Shown piece after piece: positions 11,021 through 23,242 of a stretch of 64,000 nt of DNA; within the stretch, counting starts at the first letter, position 1, and every line of letters starts with the position of its first letter. Made by a program: the position numbers and the translations under genes. The DNA lies in contig OZ374557.1 of NCBI GenBank assembly GCA_977862235.1, positions 1,922,001 to 1,986,000 on the forward strand. Reading direction: 5' to 3'. The DNA comes from Dudresnaya verticillata. Its lineage: Eukaryota. The notes under the pieces were generated by a model, which made no database searches, had not been told where the DNA came from, and saw nothing but the letters and a program-made list of their open reading frames with translations.

Positions 11021-14000
11021 GGGCGTCCCCGTCTCCTCAATGCGACGTGGTACGCCCACCAGCACGGGCTTTGCCGGACTGTCAGTCCGCCACCATTACG
11101 GAGTACCCCCTTGATTTTGTTCCAGAAATCCCCTTGAATTTCCACCACCCGGTGATTCTGTCTGTGTTCTACAACGGCAGAATTATAAAATCCAGATTAC
11201 CGTGGGAAGGAGAAATGACCTCATGTTACCTCTCATCACCGTATTGGATTCTGGTGCTGGGCCAAATCCTATTAACGCCAGACGGCTTCCACGCCACTAG
11301 TTGTCTTTGATTCGCCCCGCTGCCAGTCCACCTTTACGGGATGCGTCCAATAGGTCGATACGCCCTCTTGGTGCCATTCAACTTTTTGTCCGTATCGGAG
11401 AATTGCGTACTCGAGTCCACTTTCTGGTGGTCGCGAACCTCGCTGCTCCGTGTATTCTGGGAACCAGTTTTATTGATCGCCATGTCAAGGCGATCCTCCC
11501 TCCGGCACGGAAAGTTGTTTTTCATCACCACTCTCCGGTTTCGCTAATGGGACAAACCAGACACTCCAAAACGGTGGCTGCTTCTACTGTTCAGGGCCCC
11601 CCCTGTGTCATCCGCTTCGGTATCGCAAAAGCTCCGACTAGCAAAATCCCTTATTACCCCCGCCTATGACCCAATCCCTTGCATTAGACACCACTCCTAC
11701 CGGTGGTTTGTGTTTTCTTCAAAACAATCCCAAGCCCATCCATGAGCACCTCACCGTTATGGCTAACGGGGTTATGGATATAATCCCTAACAAACCCTTT
11801 AAGGTGTGGCTGACTAATGTTCCCCCCAAACCGGTGCGGTTACCCACGTCTACCGTCCTGGGCCTCGCTACTGCTTCTCCCTCTGCCATCCTCACCGTCA
11901 ACGGTGTACCTCCATTTAAGGAGGGGGGAGTACATATTAATTCCTTCCCTACTCCTCCTAATGAAAGCAGCAAGGCTACACCCCAAGATGGATTGAAAGG
12001 AAACACCGTGTCGGAATCAACTGCAACCCCTGACACCGACTGGAAAGATAACATCCATATTGGTCCCAAGGGTGAAAAACTCCGCGCTAAGGTGGTTACA
12101 CTCCTCGAGGAGTTCAGCACTATGTGGAACGGCGAGTTAGGAAATATAACTGCCGCGAAACACCGTATTGAATTAATGCCTGGTACCAAACCAGTGTATC
12201 AAGCACCATATCGGGCAGGACATAAACAGCGTGAGCTGGAGAAGGCAGAAGTGGATCGTATGTTGTCCGCTAAGGTGATCGAGCCATCCGCTTCGGAGTG
12301 GGCCAGCCCTGTGGTCTTCGTTCCTAAAAAGGACGGCTCCATGCGGTTTTGTGTCGATTACAGGCGACTTAACGCTGTCACCGTTCGGGATTCATACCCT
12401 TTACCCCGGATGGATGAATGTATCGACTCCCTTGGAGAAGCTACAGTATTCACCACTCTGGATTGTAATAGTGGCTACTGGCAAGTAGAGATCCCCGAGG
12501 AGGAGCGTGACAAAGCTACCTTCACCAGTCATTATGGATTATACCGCTTCCGAAGAATGTCTTTTGGGCTGAAGAACGCACCCGCTACTTTCCAACGGGC
12601 GGTTGACATCATCCTATCTACGGTGAAATGGCAATTTGCCTTAGTCTACCTGGATGATGTGATTGTATATTCTAACACCGTCACGGAGCACTTCGAACAC
12701 CTTAAGGAAGTCCTCACGCTACTCCGTTCCGCAGGTGTAACTCTGAAATTATCAAAGTGTGCCTTCTTCGACACCTCCGTGCAGTATCTGGGCCACATAG
12801 TCCGCCCGGGCCAACTGGAAGTGGAACGGAAGAATATTCTCGCCGTTAAGGAGGCTAAGCCACCTACAAACCAAACGGAGTTGCGCTCTTTTCTAGGATT
12901 GTGTAACGTCTATCGACGCTTCGTTCCCAATTTCGCACGCTTTGCTTCGCCACTCAATAAGAAAACCGGCAAGGGTCTGGTATTCGAGTTTGGAACTCTC
13001 ACCGAAACGGAGTTTAACGCCTGTGAGGAGTTAAAGAGACACCTAATCTCTCCTCCAATATTGGCTTTACCCCGCCATGGTTTCAAGTATACATTGGATA
13101 CCGACGCTTGTGATTACCAAGTTGGGTGTGTCCTTCTCCGGGAGCAACCTAGTGGAGATAATCTACCAGTGGGTTACTGGAGCCGAAGCCTAACCGATGC
13201 GGAGAAGAATTACACAACCACTGAAAAGGAGTGCCTTGCTGTAGTTTGGAGTATGCTAACGCTACGCCCCTACCTTTATGGTGAAAAGTTTATACTCCGT
13301 ACGGATCACGACGAATTACGCTGGATATTGAGTTTAGCCAATGCGTCTGGACGCTTAGCAAGATGGCGACTACGCCTATCGGAATTTGAGTTCGAAGTAC
13401 AATACCGCCCTGTTATCAAGCACCAACTCGCAGACGGTATGTCAAGACTCCGAACAGGTGGTGCTGACAAAGCTGAATTGGATGAAGAAGTGCCTTGCTT
13501 CGTTATGGAATCGACTCGTAATGGTGTAGTGCAACATGGTGTGCGACTAACCAATTGGAAACAGATTCAGAAGCCTGATGCCGCAAGCAGCCTTGTCCTA
13601 GGCGTTGAAAGTGGAGACACCGAAACGGATACTACGCCTGAAAAGGATACAGTACCACCCACTCCACTCCAGCAAACGGTCATCCGACAAGAGGATATGC
13701 GCAATGAGACCCTTACCCGTGAGGAGTTCATAGCCGCGCAAGCAACAGATACTTTCTGCAAGCTTAAAGCCGAATCGGTGGGATCCCCTGGATCACAATT
13801 TGACTACGACCGACATGGGTTTCTTGTGCGCAAGTCTGCCCTCGACGGCGCACTCCAAGAGGTGGTACCACAACAGATGCGCGGTAGGGTCCTGTATCTT
13901 GCCCACTACACCTTGATGTCGGGACACCCTGGTGGAATTAAGATGTATTACACCTTACGGAGAGACTACTATTGGCCACATATGGCTAACGATGTATTCT

Positions 14001-15402
14001 AGACCGTTTGGAGTTGCCGCTCATGTGTCAAAACCAAGGGCACGCGGTTTAAGCATCAGAAGTTCATGAAGCTATTTCCCGCGAGTGGCCCACTGGAGTT
14101 TGTCGCTACGGACATATTGGGCCCGCTGCCGAAAACCAAACGGGGATATGTCTTTGTACTGGTCATCACCGATCGGTTTTCTAAGCTAACACGGTGCCTT
14201 CCGCTACGGAGGATTACAGCCGTTGTGGTGGCGAACGCATTTTTAGACCATTGGGTGTATGCGTATGGCGCACCTAAATTTGTACTCACCGACAATGGAA
14301 GACAGTTCAAGGCGAAGTTCTTCGACGCTGTCTGTGCCCTACTCGGAGTGCGGCATTTGCTGACCGCTGCCTACCACCCGCAAACCAACGGGCAAGCCGA
14401 GCGGTTTAACAAACCCATCGCGCAGCGCCTTCGACACTATGTCGAGGATCACCACACCGATTGGATTTATACCTACAGCCGTTAACCTACTCCTACAATA
14501 TGCAGGTACACCGGATTACGGATACTACTCCTTTTGACTTGGTGTTAACTCGACACCCATCGGATATTATTGTGCGTGGCACCCCTGTGGAGTTGGGAGA
14601 AACCGTTACGGCGGGGCGTATGATGCCCGTACTCCAAAAACGGGGAACCATGCGGCGTTTGCGTTATGCCCTACAGAAGGCACAGACCAAACAGACTACA
14701 GCCCAGTTGAAGTCCAAGGCCCTATTCGACCGTAAGGTGCGTTTCCGACCGGTGGTCCGCGGTGGCGGTCAAGTCTACGTAGATCGCCCGCCACATAATC
14801 TACGACCCACCGAACGGAAGGAACGCGACCGATTGGGTCAAGGCCCTGACCACGTCGGTGAATTTGCGGAGCAAATGAAGAAGCTCCTCCCAAGATCGAC
14901 GGGCCCCTACGAGGTGCACACCGCAACGGATACTGTAGTCACTATCAAGAAGGATGGCGTCCTGATTCCCATCAGCATCGATCGCATCACTAAGGTACCA
15001 ATTGGAGTTCCCGTGCACCCTGCGCTGCTATTGGCATTGGCTCCGCCGGTTACGCCACACACCGACATGAACGGTACAGTATCCCAGCAGGCGGGAGGCA
15101 CCACAGTAGTACCCCAAACACCAGGTGGTATTACTGTAACGCCCCAAACGCCAGGCGGTATTTCTGCCCCCGTGCCGGAGACAATTGATGCCGACACGGA
15201 GTATGTCATCGAGCAGATCGTGGGACACCGCGAAGAACCCACGAGCATGACCTACAAGGTGCGTTGGTACGGCTACCCACCAGACCAGGACACGTATGAA
15301 CCCGCTGAGGAGTTGCCGCAAAACTTCATACACCGCTATTGGAATAGAAAGCGCATGGCAGCCGCTGCAGCTCGACGTCGCAGAGCTCCCACGAGTCGAT
15401 AA
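11003..15402 (+). pseudogene. pol: pol of element B: PR, RT, RNase H, integrase, C-terminal chromodomain
   Basis: LDSGAGPN at about 11245; RT YLDD and RNase H in 11666-14002; stop at 14000; integrase DDE core in 14066-14485; chromodomain EYVIEQIVGHR...YKVRWYGYPPDQDTYEP in 14461-15402. Confidence 0.95.
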
Positions 15403-15785
15403 CCAGTCGCTACTCACCCACGCAGTAGGGGTTTTGGCAAAATCGGGCATGACCTGTGGACTCCGTGTTCACAGAACCCTTGCCCAAGGGGCCCTACTCC
15501 GTATTGGTGACTTGGCGTTGGTAAAAAATGGGCATGATCTCTGGACTCTGGAACCACAGAACCATTGTCCAAGGGGCTCTACTCCATATTGGTGAATCGC
15601 CGGCAAGCGAACAACCACTTCTGGTATCAGGTGGTCGTCAACCAGACGCAAAGCCCTGCATAGTGGAGAGTATCCCCGCCACTTCGGGACTCACTCCACA
15701 GTGGTGTTATTCCACTTACCCTCCGCCAGTGGAAGGGGAGCTCACAAAAGTCACAAGATTTTATTGACAAGTGGCATTTCTACGC

Positions 15786-18391
15786 TTACACCGCATTTCG
15801 TGGACGCTTCGCTGGTGGCGCCAGGTCAGCCTCCGTATCCTCCTCTTTTGCTGCACTCTCCTCCAAGTCGGGAATATCCTCACCATACACCCTTGCGGTA
15901 ATCATGGTGAGTCTCTTACCGGTGTCTGCCATGCGTCGACGCAAAGCGCAAATGGTACGCCGTAGGCGCACCAGACGCCCGACCCACAGCACGGCGGTGT
16001 TAATGGCCTCGTTCGCCGACGCTGGAAGGGGCATGCCCGCATCTCTACACCCTTCGCGGAGTCGCTGCATGGCAGCCCCATCTACGCGCAACTCCGCTTC
16101 GGTCCAACTCGTCATCTCCTTCGGGGCATCCTTTTCTTGTTTCACCACCACGGGGTCGACATTACGGGGTGGCCCTCCACCTGGACCCGCAGCGGTCACA
16201 AACGTCACGGAGTCACTCGACGCGGGCGGCACCAGTTTGGCAGCTTCACCCCGCTTCGGTACAGGGGTCTTCACTGCTACTCCAGGCCGTGTGATCGCGA
16301 GTGCCTCCACTTGGTCGATCCCCGCCGGTGTAGCGTCCTCTTCCATTTCGGAGTCTTCGTGTTCCCCGACGGGGCCCAACTTCGTCGCGGCTGCAGCTAC
16401 TACCGTTGGCTTCTGACAAACTACCGCTACGGTATTCGCCGCCTTGTCCAACTTGGTGTTATTGTTGACCCCCGGCGAGACAGCCAGTTTCGAAGCCCCG
16501 ATTGGTGTGGATGCTGCGGCCACCCCCGACAAACCCCCTGCGCCTCGATCTCCGCTCCTACAGGAGGAGACTCTGTTACGGTCTTCTTGGGCGACGAAGT
16601 CGTGCGGTCGCCCCACACCTTTATGGCTTCTCCACCAGGGGATTCCCTTGGCACGGGGACCCTTGGGTCCCCGCGCACCTTCTCAATCTCGTCAACCCCC
16701 ACTGGCGTAATCTCGTCAGCAGGGGGATTGTCGAGGCGTCCCTGTTGACGCGGCACACCGGATGGAGTACCCCACTCGCGTGACGGCGGAGCCCTTGATG
16801 GCCCCTCCGTCATGGGGTAGAACCTTGAGCGGGAGCGCATCGCGTGCCAGCTTGACATCTTCTCGTCGATTAACCACGCCGGCTCGGGGTCTTCTTCCGA
16901 TAGGAAATACGCCATGCCACACCCGGGGTTGAGCGGCGGCACCGATAACACGCGGTCGTCATCCCAATGATAACCGATGAACCCCGGCGTTCGCTCCCAG
17001 TTGGTGTCTGCGTGAACCGCGAAGAGACGCTCCTCACGCGCCAAGGGGTATTCGGTCCCCTCAACCAACCGGTCTACTCCAACGTGGTGTATAAGGGTAA
17101 CCACCGGCCCGGGTAGCTTGAATAGGCGCCCGCACTCGCCACCTTCTGGATCCGTTCTGCTCCGCGGGTACGCCCTCCAGTCGGTCATCTTGGTATTGGC
17201 TCTAACACCCCGGTAGGTGACCTGTAACCAGGAGAAGAGGACCAACATGGCCCATTCCGCTCGGAGTATCCGACCCAACACCGTCATCAGCGGATGGTCG
17301 ACTGACTTCTCTCCGCCTCGGTGTGCAGCTTGCCAGTCACGATGCTGAATGAACCGATTGGAGAAGTACGCCACCACCGTCGGCGTTGGCACTGACAACC
17401 AACGGGTGACTTCATACTCAGCCCACCAATCCGGAGCGGTGCAGTACAAGCGGCGATGCGCTCCCGGCGGCATCTGGAAGAATTCGTTGGTCCAAGTGTG
17501 TAGTATCGCCCTTCCGAGGCGGCGTCCATCTCTACTCCGCAACCGGAGTCGATGCTCTTTCGCTGCGTCGTCAGCCCACCGTTGCGGATTCCCAAAGCAG
17601 TGAACACCTTGGTCGTATGGTTTGCCATAGCACAGGAAATCGACACCAACCGGATGATCTCGCAGTCGATGGGCCATGGCCAACAATCGACACACCTTAT
17701 CGGGATAGCCTTCTTCTTCCTGACACCTCAACCACACGATGTCACACCCGGTTGGAGTTTGCACTCTACAGTTTGAGTGAATCCACCTGGCTCTCCATAT
17801 CTCCTCACGCCGATTCGGGAACCACTTATTGTTGATTAACCCACCGGCGTCGGTAACAGCACTGTATCGACGCCCCTCGAGGGTGCCACCATAGTTGGAA
17901 ACGAACACCGATACGGGCATGGGGAGACGCACCATATCGCGCTCCTCTTGGATACGCTGACGCCGCCCGGTGCGGTGATCATATTCCCGGCCAGGCCAAG
18001 TTCCCTCATCGGTGTACCCCGTCGAGTCCACACGCCCGTGGCAACTCCCCGGTGTCCCCGGTGTGTATGGCAGTGAACCCGACGGTCCGCCGCCGACACC
18101 CAAGTGGAGTGGGGGTGAGGTTACTCCACCTCCAACCTGATCAACCTGGGGACTTTGCGCGTACGCCTCATATCGCCCATGCGGAGTTGCGCGACGATAC
18201 CTCCCAAGCTCCATCTCGGTTTTGGCCACAGTTGCCTTTTGAAGGACCGGGCCGTTGTGCCCCCGACCACACCTGTCGATCCGGAAGCGGAGTAGACGCC
18301 TGTCGAGCCTCGCAGCCATTGCGCCGTCGCGGCACCCTCGAGCGTCCCGCGCGTGCTGGCAGTGTCGGCGTTGCGCCCGCTGCCGCCGCAA
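15786..18391 (-). CDS. Antisense extra ORF of element B (654-aa ORF plus a frameshifted 276-aa low-complexity tail), unknown function
   Basis: Long ORFs 16427-18391 and 15786-16616 between pol and the PPT. The Trp-rich core aligns by eye with the antisense ORF of element C. Confidence 0.7.
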
Positions 18392-18666
18392 CTCCCGCTA
18401 TGGTGTCCGAGAACCGCCGCCTCCTCCCTCTTCTGCCTCCGGCGCCGGAGCCGCTCCCACCGACGATGCACGCCGTGTCGGTTGGAAGGGGCTCCGTGTG
18501 CGGTCGGTGTTACCGCCGGCCAACGCTAGCGGTACACCGGTTTGGACTTGCCCGTTGATCGACTTGCCTGAAGTGGAGTGCACCGATAAGGCTCGCTCCG
18601 TTGTTGGGTACACGTGAGCGGAGTTGTAGAAGACGTGCTGTGGCGCCCGAGAACGTGTCGCCATTT

Positions 18667-18676
18667 AAGGAGGGGG
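18667..18676 (+). promoter_or_regulatory. Polypurine tract of element B
   Basis: AAGGAGGGGG, 2 nt before the 3' LTR. Confidence 0.85.
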
Positions 18677-18678
18677 TC

Positions 18679-19353
18679 TGCGGTGAAGCGGCCGTTGTGG
18701 AGTGCCGACGACGGTTGAGCCGACTCGCGACCGGCGCACCGGTGAGCTGGCGCCAAACACCGAACGGGAGTGCAGCGACACAGTAGCACTGTACGCCTTG
18801 CTGGAGTCTGCGCGCACCACCAATAGGAGCCAAGTAGTTGATTTATTTGTAATTAGGTAATTGTAATGATGCTGTACAGTACGTAGTGTCAGCCGGCCAA
18901 TGAGAATGCCGAGCATGTCCGCAACGGTGACCGGGACCAGTAGGGCCGGACCCACCTGGTAGACCAGACCCATTGGGGTCTGGCCCACACGGACCGGACG
19001 GCGGGGTGTATCTCCCAGTATATTAATGGGTGGCCACCGCGAGTCCTACAGTAAACGGGCACGCAACCCTGGGCAAAGTGACTTACCGTAAGCCTTACCC
19101 TCATACTCCTTTACGGTTTCCCCTCGCCAGCCCCGTGCACGGATTTCTCTTACCTCCGTCCCGGTGTAGCTGTCCTGGCACTGTACCGTCCCCCTTGTCT
19201 GTTGCGTCCCTTTACTCCTTACAGGTGTTGCCGCTCGAGGTACTCCCTTCGGTCTACGAACTAAGCGCTACCACCCCGGTGCCGTGTGAGAAAACTCCTT
19301 ATTGGGATTGCCTGATCAGCTCTTCATACAGGTGTGCCTTTCACTTCACCACA
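18679..19353 (+). repeat. 3' LTR of element B
   Basis: Direct repeat of 7612-8286. Confidence 0.96.
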
Positions 19354-20433
19354 GCATTCACGGAATCACTTCGAAATTCGTATTTCTCGATTATTCTCAC
19401 ATAATAGAACCGGATTTTCATTGCGCCCATCAGCTTGGGCAGCTCGGGCCTATTACCCAACAAGCTAATTTCCGACGTTCCAATAAACCATTGTTATTCT
19501 GTCCGGCCGACAGTAATTTGGGCAATTGCTGTGGCTTCCATTTGTTTTTTACCCGTTACAATACAATGGATTGGATTGATTTCAGCTCTGCATCGAACCA
19601 ATCATGGAAGATACCAAGCTGTACCGCAATTTGCAAAAACGACCCTCCCAAATTTAATGATAATAGTACTAAAGTAAAACGGCTTTCTCTTCTTCATTAG
19701 CGAATTACTACATGCACCGTGTGACATGCGCCGTGTCACATTTTGCAGACCCAGTTCCCCTGTGAGAGCTCCGCAATGAGATAGGATCGCAAGGATAGCT
19801 TCTCATATTCTCGTCGGGGCAACTTTACCGGTGCCGGTACGGTCTGTTCAGTTCATGTGGGGGTTTCTCGTGGGCATCACGCTTTCGCATCGGAAACCAA
19901 CGCCCCAGGGGCATCCTACAAGGCGTGCGAGGGCTACCATTGACCCAAACTCCCGGGAACCTCTAATAGGCGAACCTCCGAGGGGTACCCTTTGGGTAGC
20001 GCTAACGGGATTGGTATGCCATGAATGCCATGCTCTTCTTCCCTTTGCCCAAGGCCGTTATCGCAGCGCCGCACCAGCGGAGTGCACTGCAAAATTTGCA
20101 TTGGGACATATCTCGGCGACCGTCGGTTCAGCAACCTCCGGACGCCCTGTATGGTCAAATCTCCGAAACGGCACATCTTCATTCATATCGCGATATTTAT
20201 TCGTTGTGGCCAATCAAATCGATGCGTACCGCTTCGGGGTTTAATGCCTTCATGTCTCACCATCTCCCAGATATATCTCCATTCGGTTCAATATTGTTGC
20301 ACGTTGTGCTATCACCACCGTCTCTACAAAAGCTTTTAGCAGCTAGCTGCCCCAGACACACAGATTTCCGTTGCCGTGCCTTCCGACACAGCATCGATCA
20401 CCTCAGCACCTTGCTTTCTTCCCCGTCAGGACC

Positions 20434-22155
20434 ATGCTGAGGACAATGGCACACAACACCCGAGACCAGAAAGCAACGCAGAGTATCCCGTCCGCACCCC
20501 AGCCCTCAACACACCATCTCTGCTCTGCCAAGGCCCCCACCCCGCCACATGCATCCGCTGCACGTCCTCCCGCCGGCTCCTTTTCCTCAATAACCCCTCC
20601 TCTATTCCATGCACCCCCGACGCAGCAGCAGTCTCCGTCTTTCCACACACATATTTCCTCGCCGATATCCAAAGCCCAGCATCACCACTACCCACCGGCC
20701 ACTCCGGACCTTGTACCACCGCCAGCTCCTGCTGCGCAATCTAAGTGGCGTGTCACTCCCTTGCAGAAAGAAACGCTACTTGCTGCGTTTGCTGAAGACG
20801 CTTATCCGGAGCTGGCGAGAAAGACACAACTCGCTGAGCAGCTCGGTGTCACTACCACACAGATATCCAAGTGGTTTCAGCATCGCCGGGAGAGCCTTAC
20901 CCGATTGGGACAGTTTAAGGCCCAGTACAACCGCACAAGGCGCACCCCGGAGGAGCTCGATGTTTTGCAAAACGCATTTGATATCGATCGGTACCCAACA
21001 GCGGAACGTTTGGCAGAGCTCGAAACGCAACTAACGGGCGTTACGGCTAAGCAAATCAAGCTATGGTTTAAACATAGAAGAAAGCAGGTACAAAAACGCA
21101 ATCGGGCGGTTGCAACGTCCCCTAATCACAGCCCCCTGCTACCGTCCGGGAGCGGCCCTCCCTCAGAGCAGCATTTACAGTCTATGTCGGTTCTGGCACG
21201 CCCAGCTAGCAACCTGCCCATGGTCTCAGAGTGGCAGTCTGCATCATCTGCTCCTGCGAATGTAGTCCCATTGCCTACCCTGCACCATTCTGCAGCCATT
21301 CCAGCTGCTGGTATAATGCAATCAGCTCCTGTTGCTGTGGCGGCGGCGGCAGCCGCAGGAGCCGCTCCCGGTCACAACCCGTACGGCTTCGCTCCACAGT
21401 CATACTACGCCTTCAAAGGTCCACAAGTGCTGTTCGCGACGACTTCACAGTTCTCTGAAGTTGAGTACATGGCGCTAAGGGGAGCATTTGCGGTATCCCA
21501 AGGCATACCCCCAACAGAGGCTGTAATCCGTTTGAGTCAATTATTGAATCGCCCTCAAGCAACTATTACTGAATGGTTTCGGCAAGAAAGCGGAAGAGCA
21601 CAAGATGGTAACCTCGCTGAAGTGCACAACACAATCTTTGCCGCTGCACCCTACGTCCAGCCAGATCAAGGAGGAAGAGCACATGTTGCGAGTGCCTACA
21701 GCGCCCAGCCATTACCAACCGCACAATATAACACGTCAAGCACAGGTGGGCATACCATACTGCAAGGCGAGAATGGGACTAACCTCACCCCCCCGCTGCC
21801 CAGCATCCCAGGTGGCATCCAGTTTGACGCTCAGAAGACATCCACTCCGCGCGAGATTGAAGGAAAAGGTCATGAACATATTTCGGGTACGTCTGCAGCG
21901 AAACAACTACCCGAGAAATACGAAGGTCCTCCGTCAGAAGTCACGCAGCCGGTACCGACTGGAATGTACTCCTCGTATGTCTATCCAGCCGCTATGGCAT
22001 CGCATCCAACGGTACCATTCCCGACAACCCCGTGTTCTGCTTCGCTGTCGGCGCCCATGCTGGCACCACTCCGGTGTATTCCTACTAGCTCGGCAATGCC
22101 GACGTATCCAACAGGATGGTACAGCGCGGCCCCGGCTGGACCTTCCAAGGGCTAA
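20434..22155 (+). CDS. Multi-homeodomain transcription factor (two tandem homeodomains plus a degenerate third), apparently intact and intronless
   Basis: HD1 ...AYPELARKTQLAEQLGVTTTQISKWFQHRR; HD2 RTRRTPEELDVLQNAFDIDRYP...QIKLWFKHRR; HD3-like QFSEVEYMALRGAF...ITEWFRQES. First ATG at 20434 (alternative 20446). Confidence 0.9.
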   Translation: MLRTMAHNTRDQKATQSIPSAPQPSTHHLCSAKAPTPPHASAARPPAGSFSSITPPLFHAPPTQQQSPSFHTHISSPISKAQHHHYPPATPDLVPPPAPAAQSKWRVTPLQKETLLAAFAEDAYPELARKTQLAEQLGVTTTQISKWFQHRRESLTRLGQFKAQYNRTRRTPEELDVLQNAFDIDRYPTAERLAELETQLTGVTAKQIKLWFKHRRKQVQKRNRAVATSPNHSPLLPSGSGPPSEQHLQSMSVLARPASNLPMVSEWQSASSAPANVVPLPTLHHSAAIPAAGIMQSAPVAVAAAAAAGAAPGHNPYGFAPQSYYAFKGPQVLFATTSQFSEVEYMALRGAFAVSQGIPPTEAVIRLSQLLNRPQATITEWFRQESGRAQDGNLAEVHNTIFAAAPYVQPDQGGRAHVASAYSAQPLPTAQYNTSSTGGHTILQGENGTNLTPPLPSIPGGIQFDAQKTSTPREIEGKGHEHISGTSAAKQLPEKYEGPPSEVTQPVPTGMYSSYVYPAAMASHPTVPFPTTPCSASLSAPMLAPLRCIPTSSAMPTYPTGWYSAAPAGPSKG

Positions 22156-22329
22156 TTTCACGAGTGTCTGCAAATATGCAGCCATGCGTCTGTGCCCCAC
22201 CAATCATCAGCATCACTGGCGCACCTTCATTTACTGCACATCATATGATATGCATCGTGACATCGGGATGCGCAACAGGCTGTTGGAAGGACGAATGTGG
22301 CAAATACCGGACAGACAGACATAGGTTGA

Positions 22330-22359
22330 GGGCCTGTCGGAACAGCGAGCTTTTTGCGC
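22330..22359 (+). repeat. Left TIR of the Harbinger element
   Basis: Reverse complement of 44020-44049 with one mismatch. The GGGCC start is typical of PIF TIRs. Confidence 0.92.
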
Positions 22360-23242
22360 GCCCCTCCCCCCTTGCGACTTGGCACAATGCCACTGGTGCG
22401 CCGGCACTTTGCCGGTGATGCGCCAATGTTAAAATAATCAACGCTCGAACCGCGCTCGAGGCGCAAAGCTTACAGTCCTGCGCAGGGACAGCAGTCCGTC
22501 CGGACACTTGTCGCGCTCAGAGGCAATGCCCTCCACGCTCCGTGACCATGCGCAGACACTTGTCGGGTTTCCGTGCGAACACCGGATCCAGATCGAGTGT
22601 TCAAAAAATACAAAAAGTGCGCTCCCCTTCTCGGAAGCTCTTGAAGCCCCGCTCCGGCAAACACAAAGCAACCCACGCCCCCAACCCGCGACGACATTCT
22701 GCAAGACCCCACATTCCTACCTGCCTTCTACTTTTTGCTCGCGGATGCCCCGCGGTTATAACCGCAAGCGTCTTTATCCTTCCGCTTGTCCGCAAAATGT
22801 CGCGTCGCGACGAAGCGCCCGAAGAGCTACATGGCGACACGGCTTCCTCTCCACTTCCCAGACGATCCCCACGACTAACCCGCAAGCGCCCGCGAGATGA
22901 TACTAACTCTCTAGACGAACATCCAGGTCCTGTGTCCCCGATTAAGTATGGTTCTATTGATCAAGGTGCAGTTGTCATTGAGGGACCGCCCTCCATTTCT
23001 GGAGATCCAACTATTGCCCATGTGTACAAAGCCCTCACCGAGCTCACAAAACATGACCTCAGATCTATTGCAAGGCTATGGAATCGAAAGATCAGTGGTG
23101 CAAAGAAAATACTCGTCTACCGGCTTTACCGCTACGTACAGTATCAGGCTCAAGAACTTCAGCGCAATATTTCAGTCGTGGTGCTCAGCCACAAATTCTT
23201 CCCAGACCTCAACGAGCACATGAAGGCATGGGCAGAACAATG

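Larger units (their letters stand above)
7612..19353 (+). mobile_element. Full-length chromodomain-bearing Ty3/Gypsy element B (11.7 kb), degenerate
   Basis: Two 675-bp LTRs, PBS, gag, PR-RT-RH-IN-chromodomain, an antisense ORF and a PPT. No matching TSD. Confidence 0.96.

Noticed and set aside
15786..18391. Extra 3' ORFs as env-like genes
   Set aside because: They are antisense to pol and show no evident signal peptide or clear transmembrane anchor.
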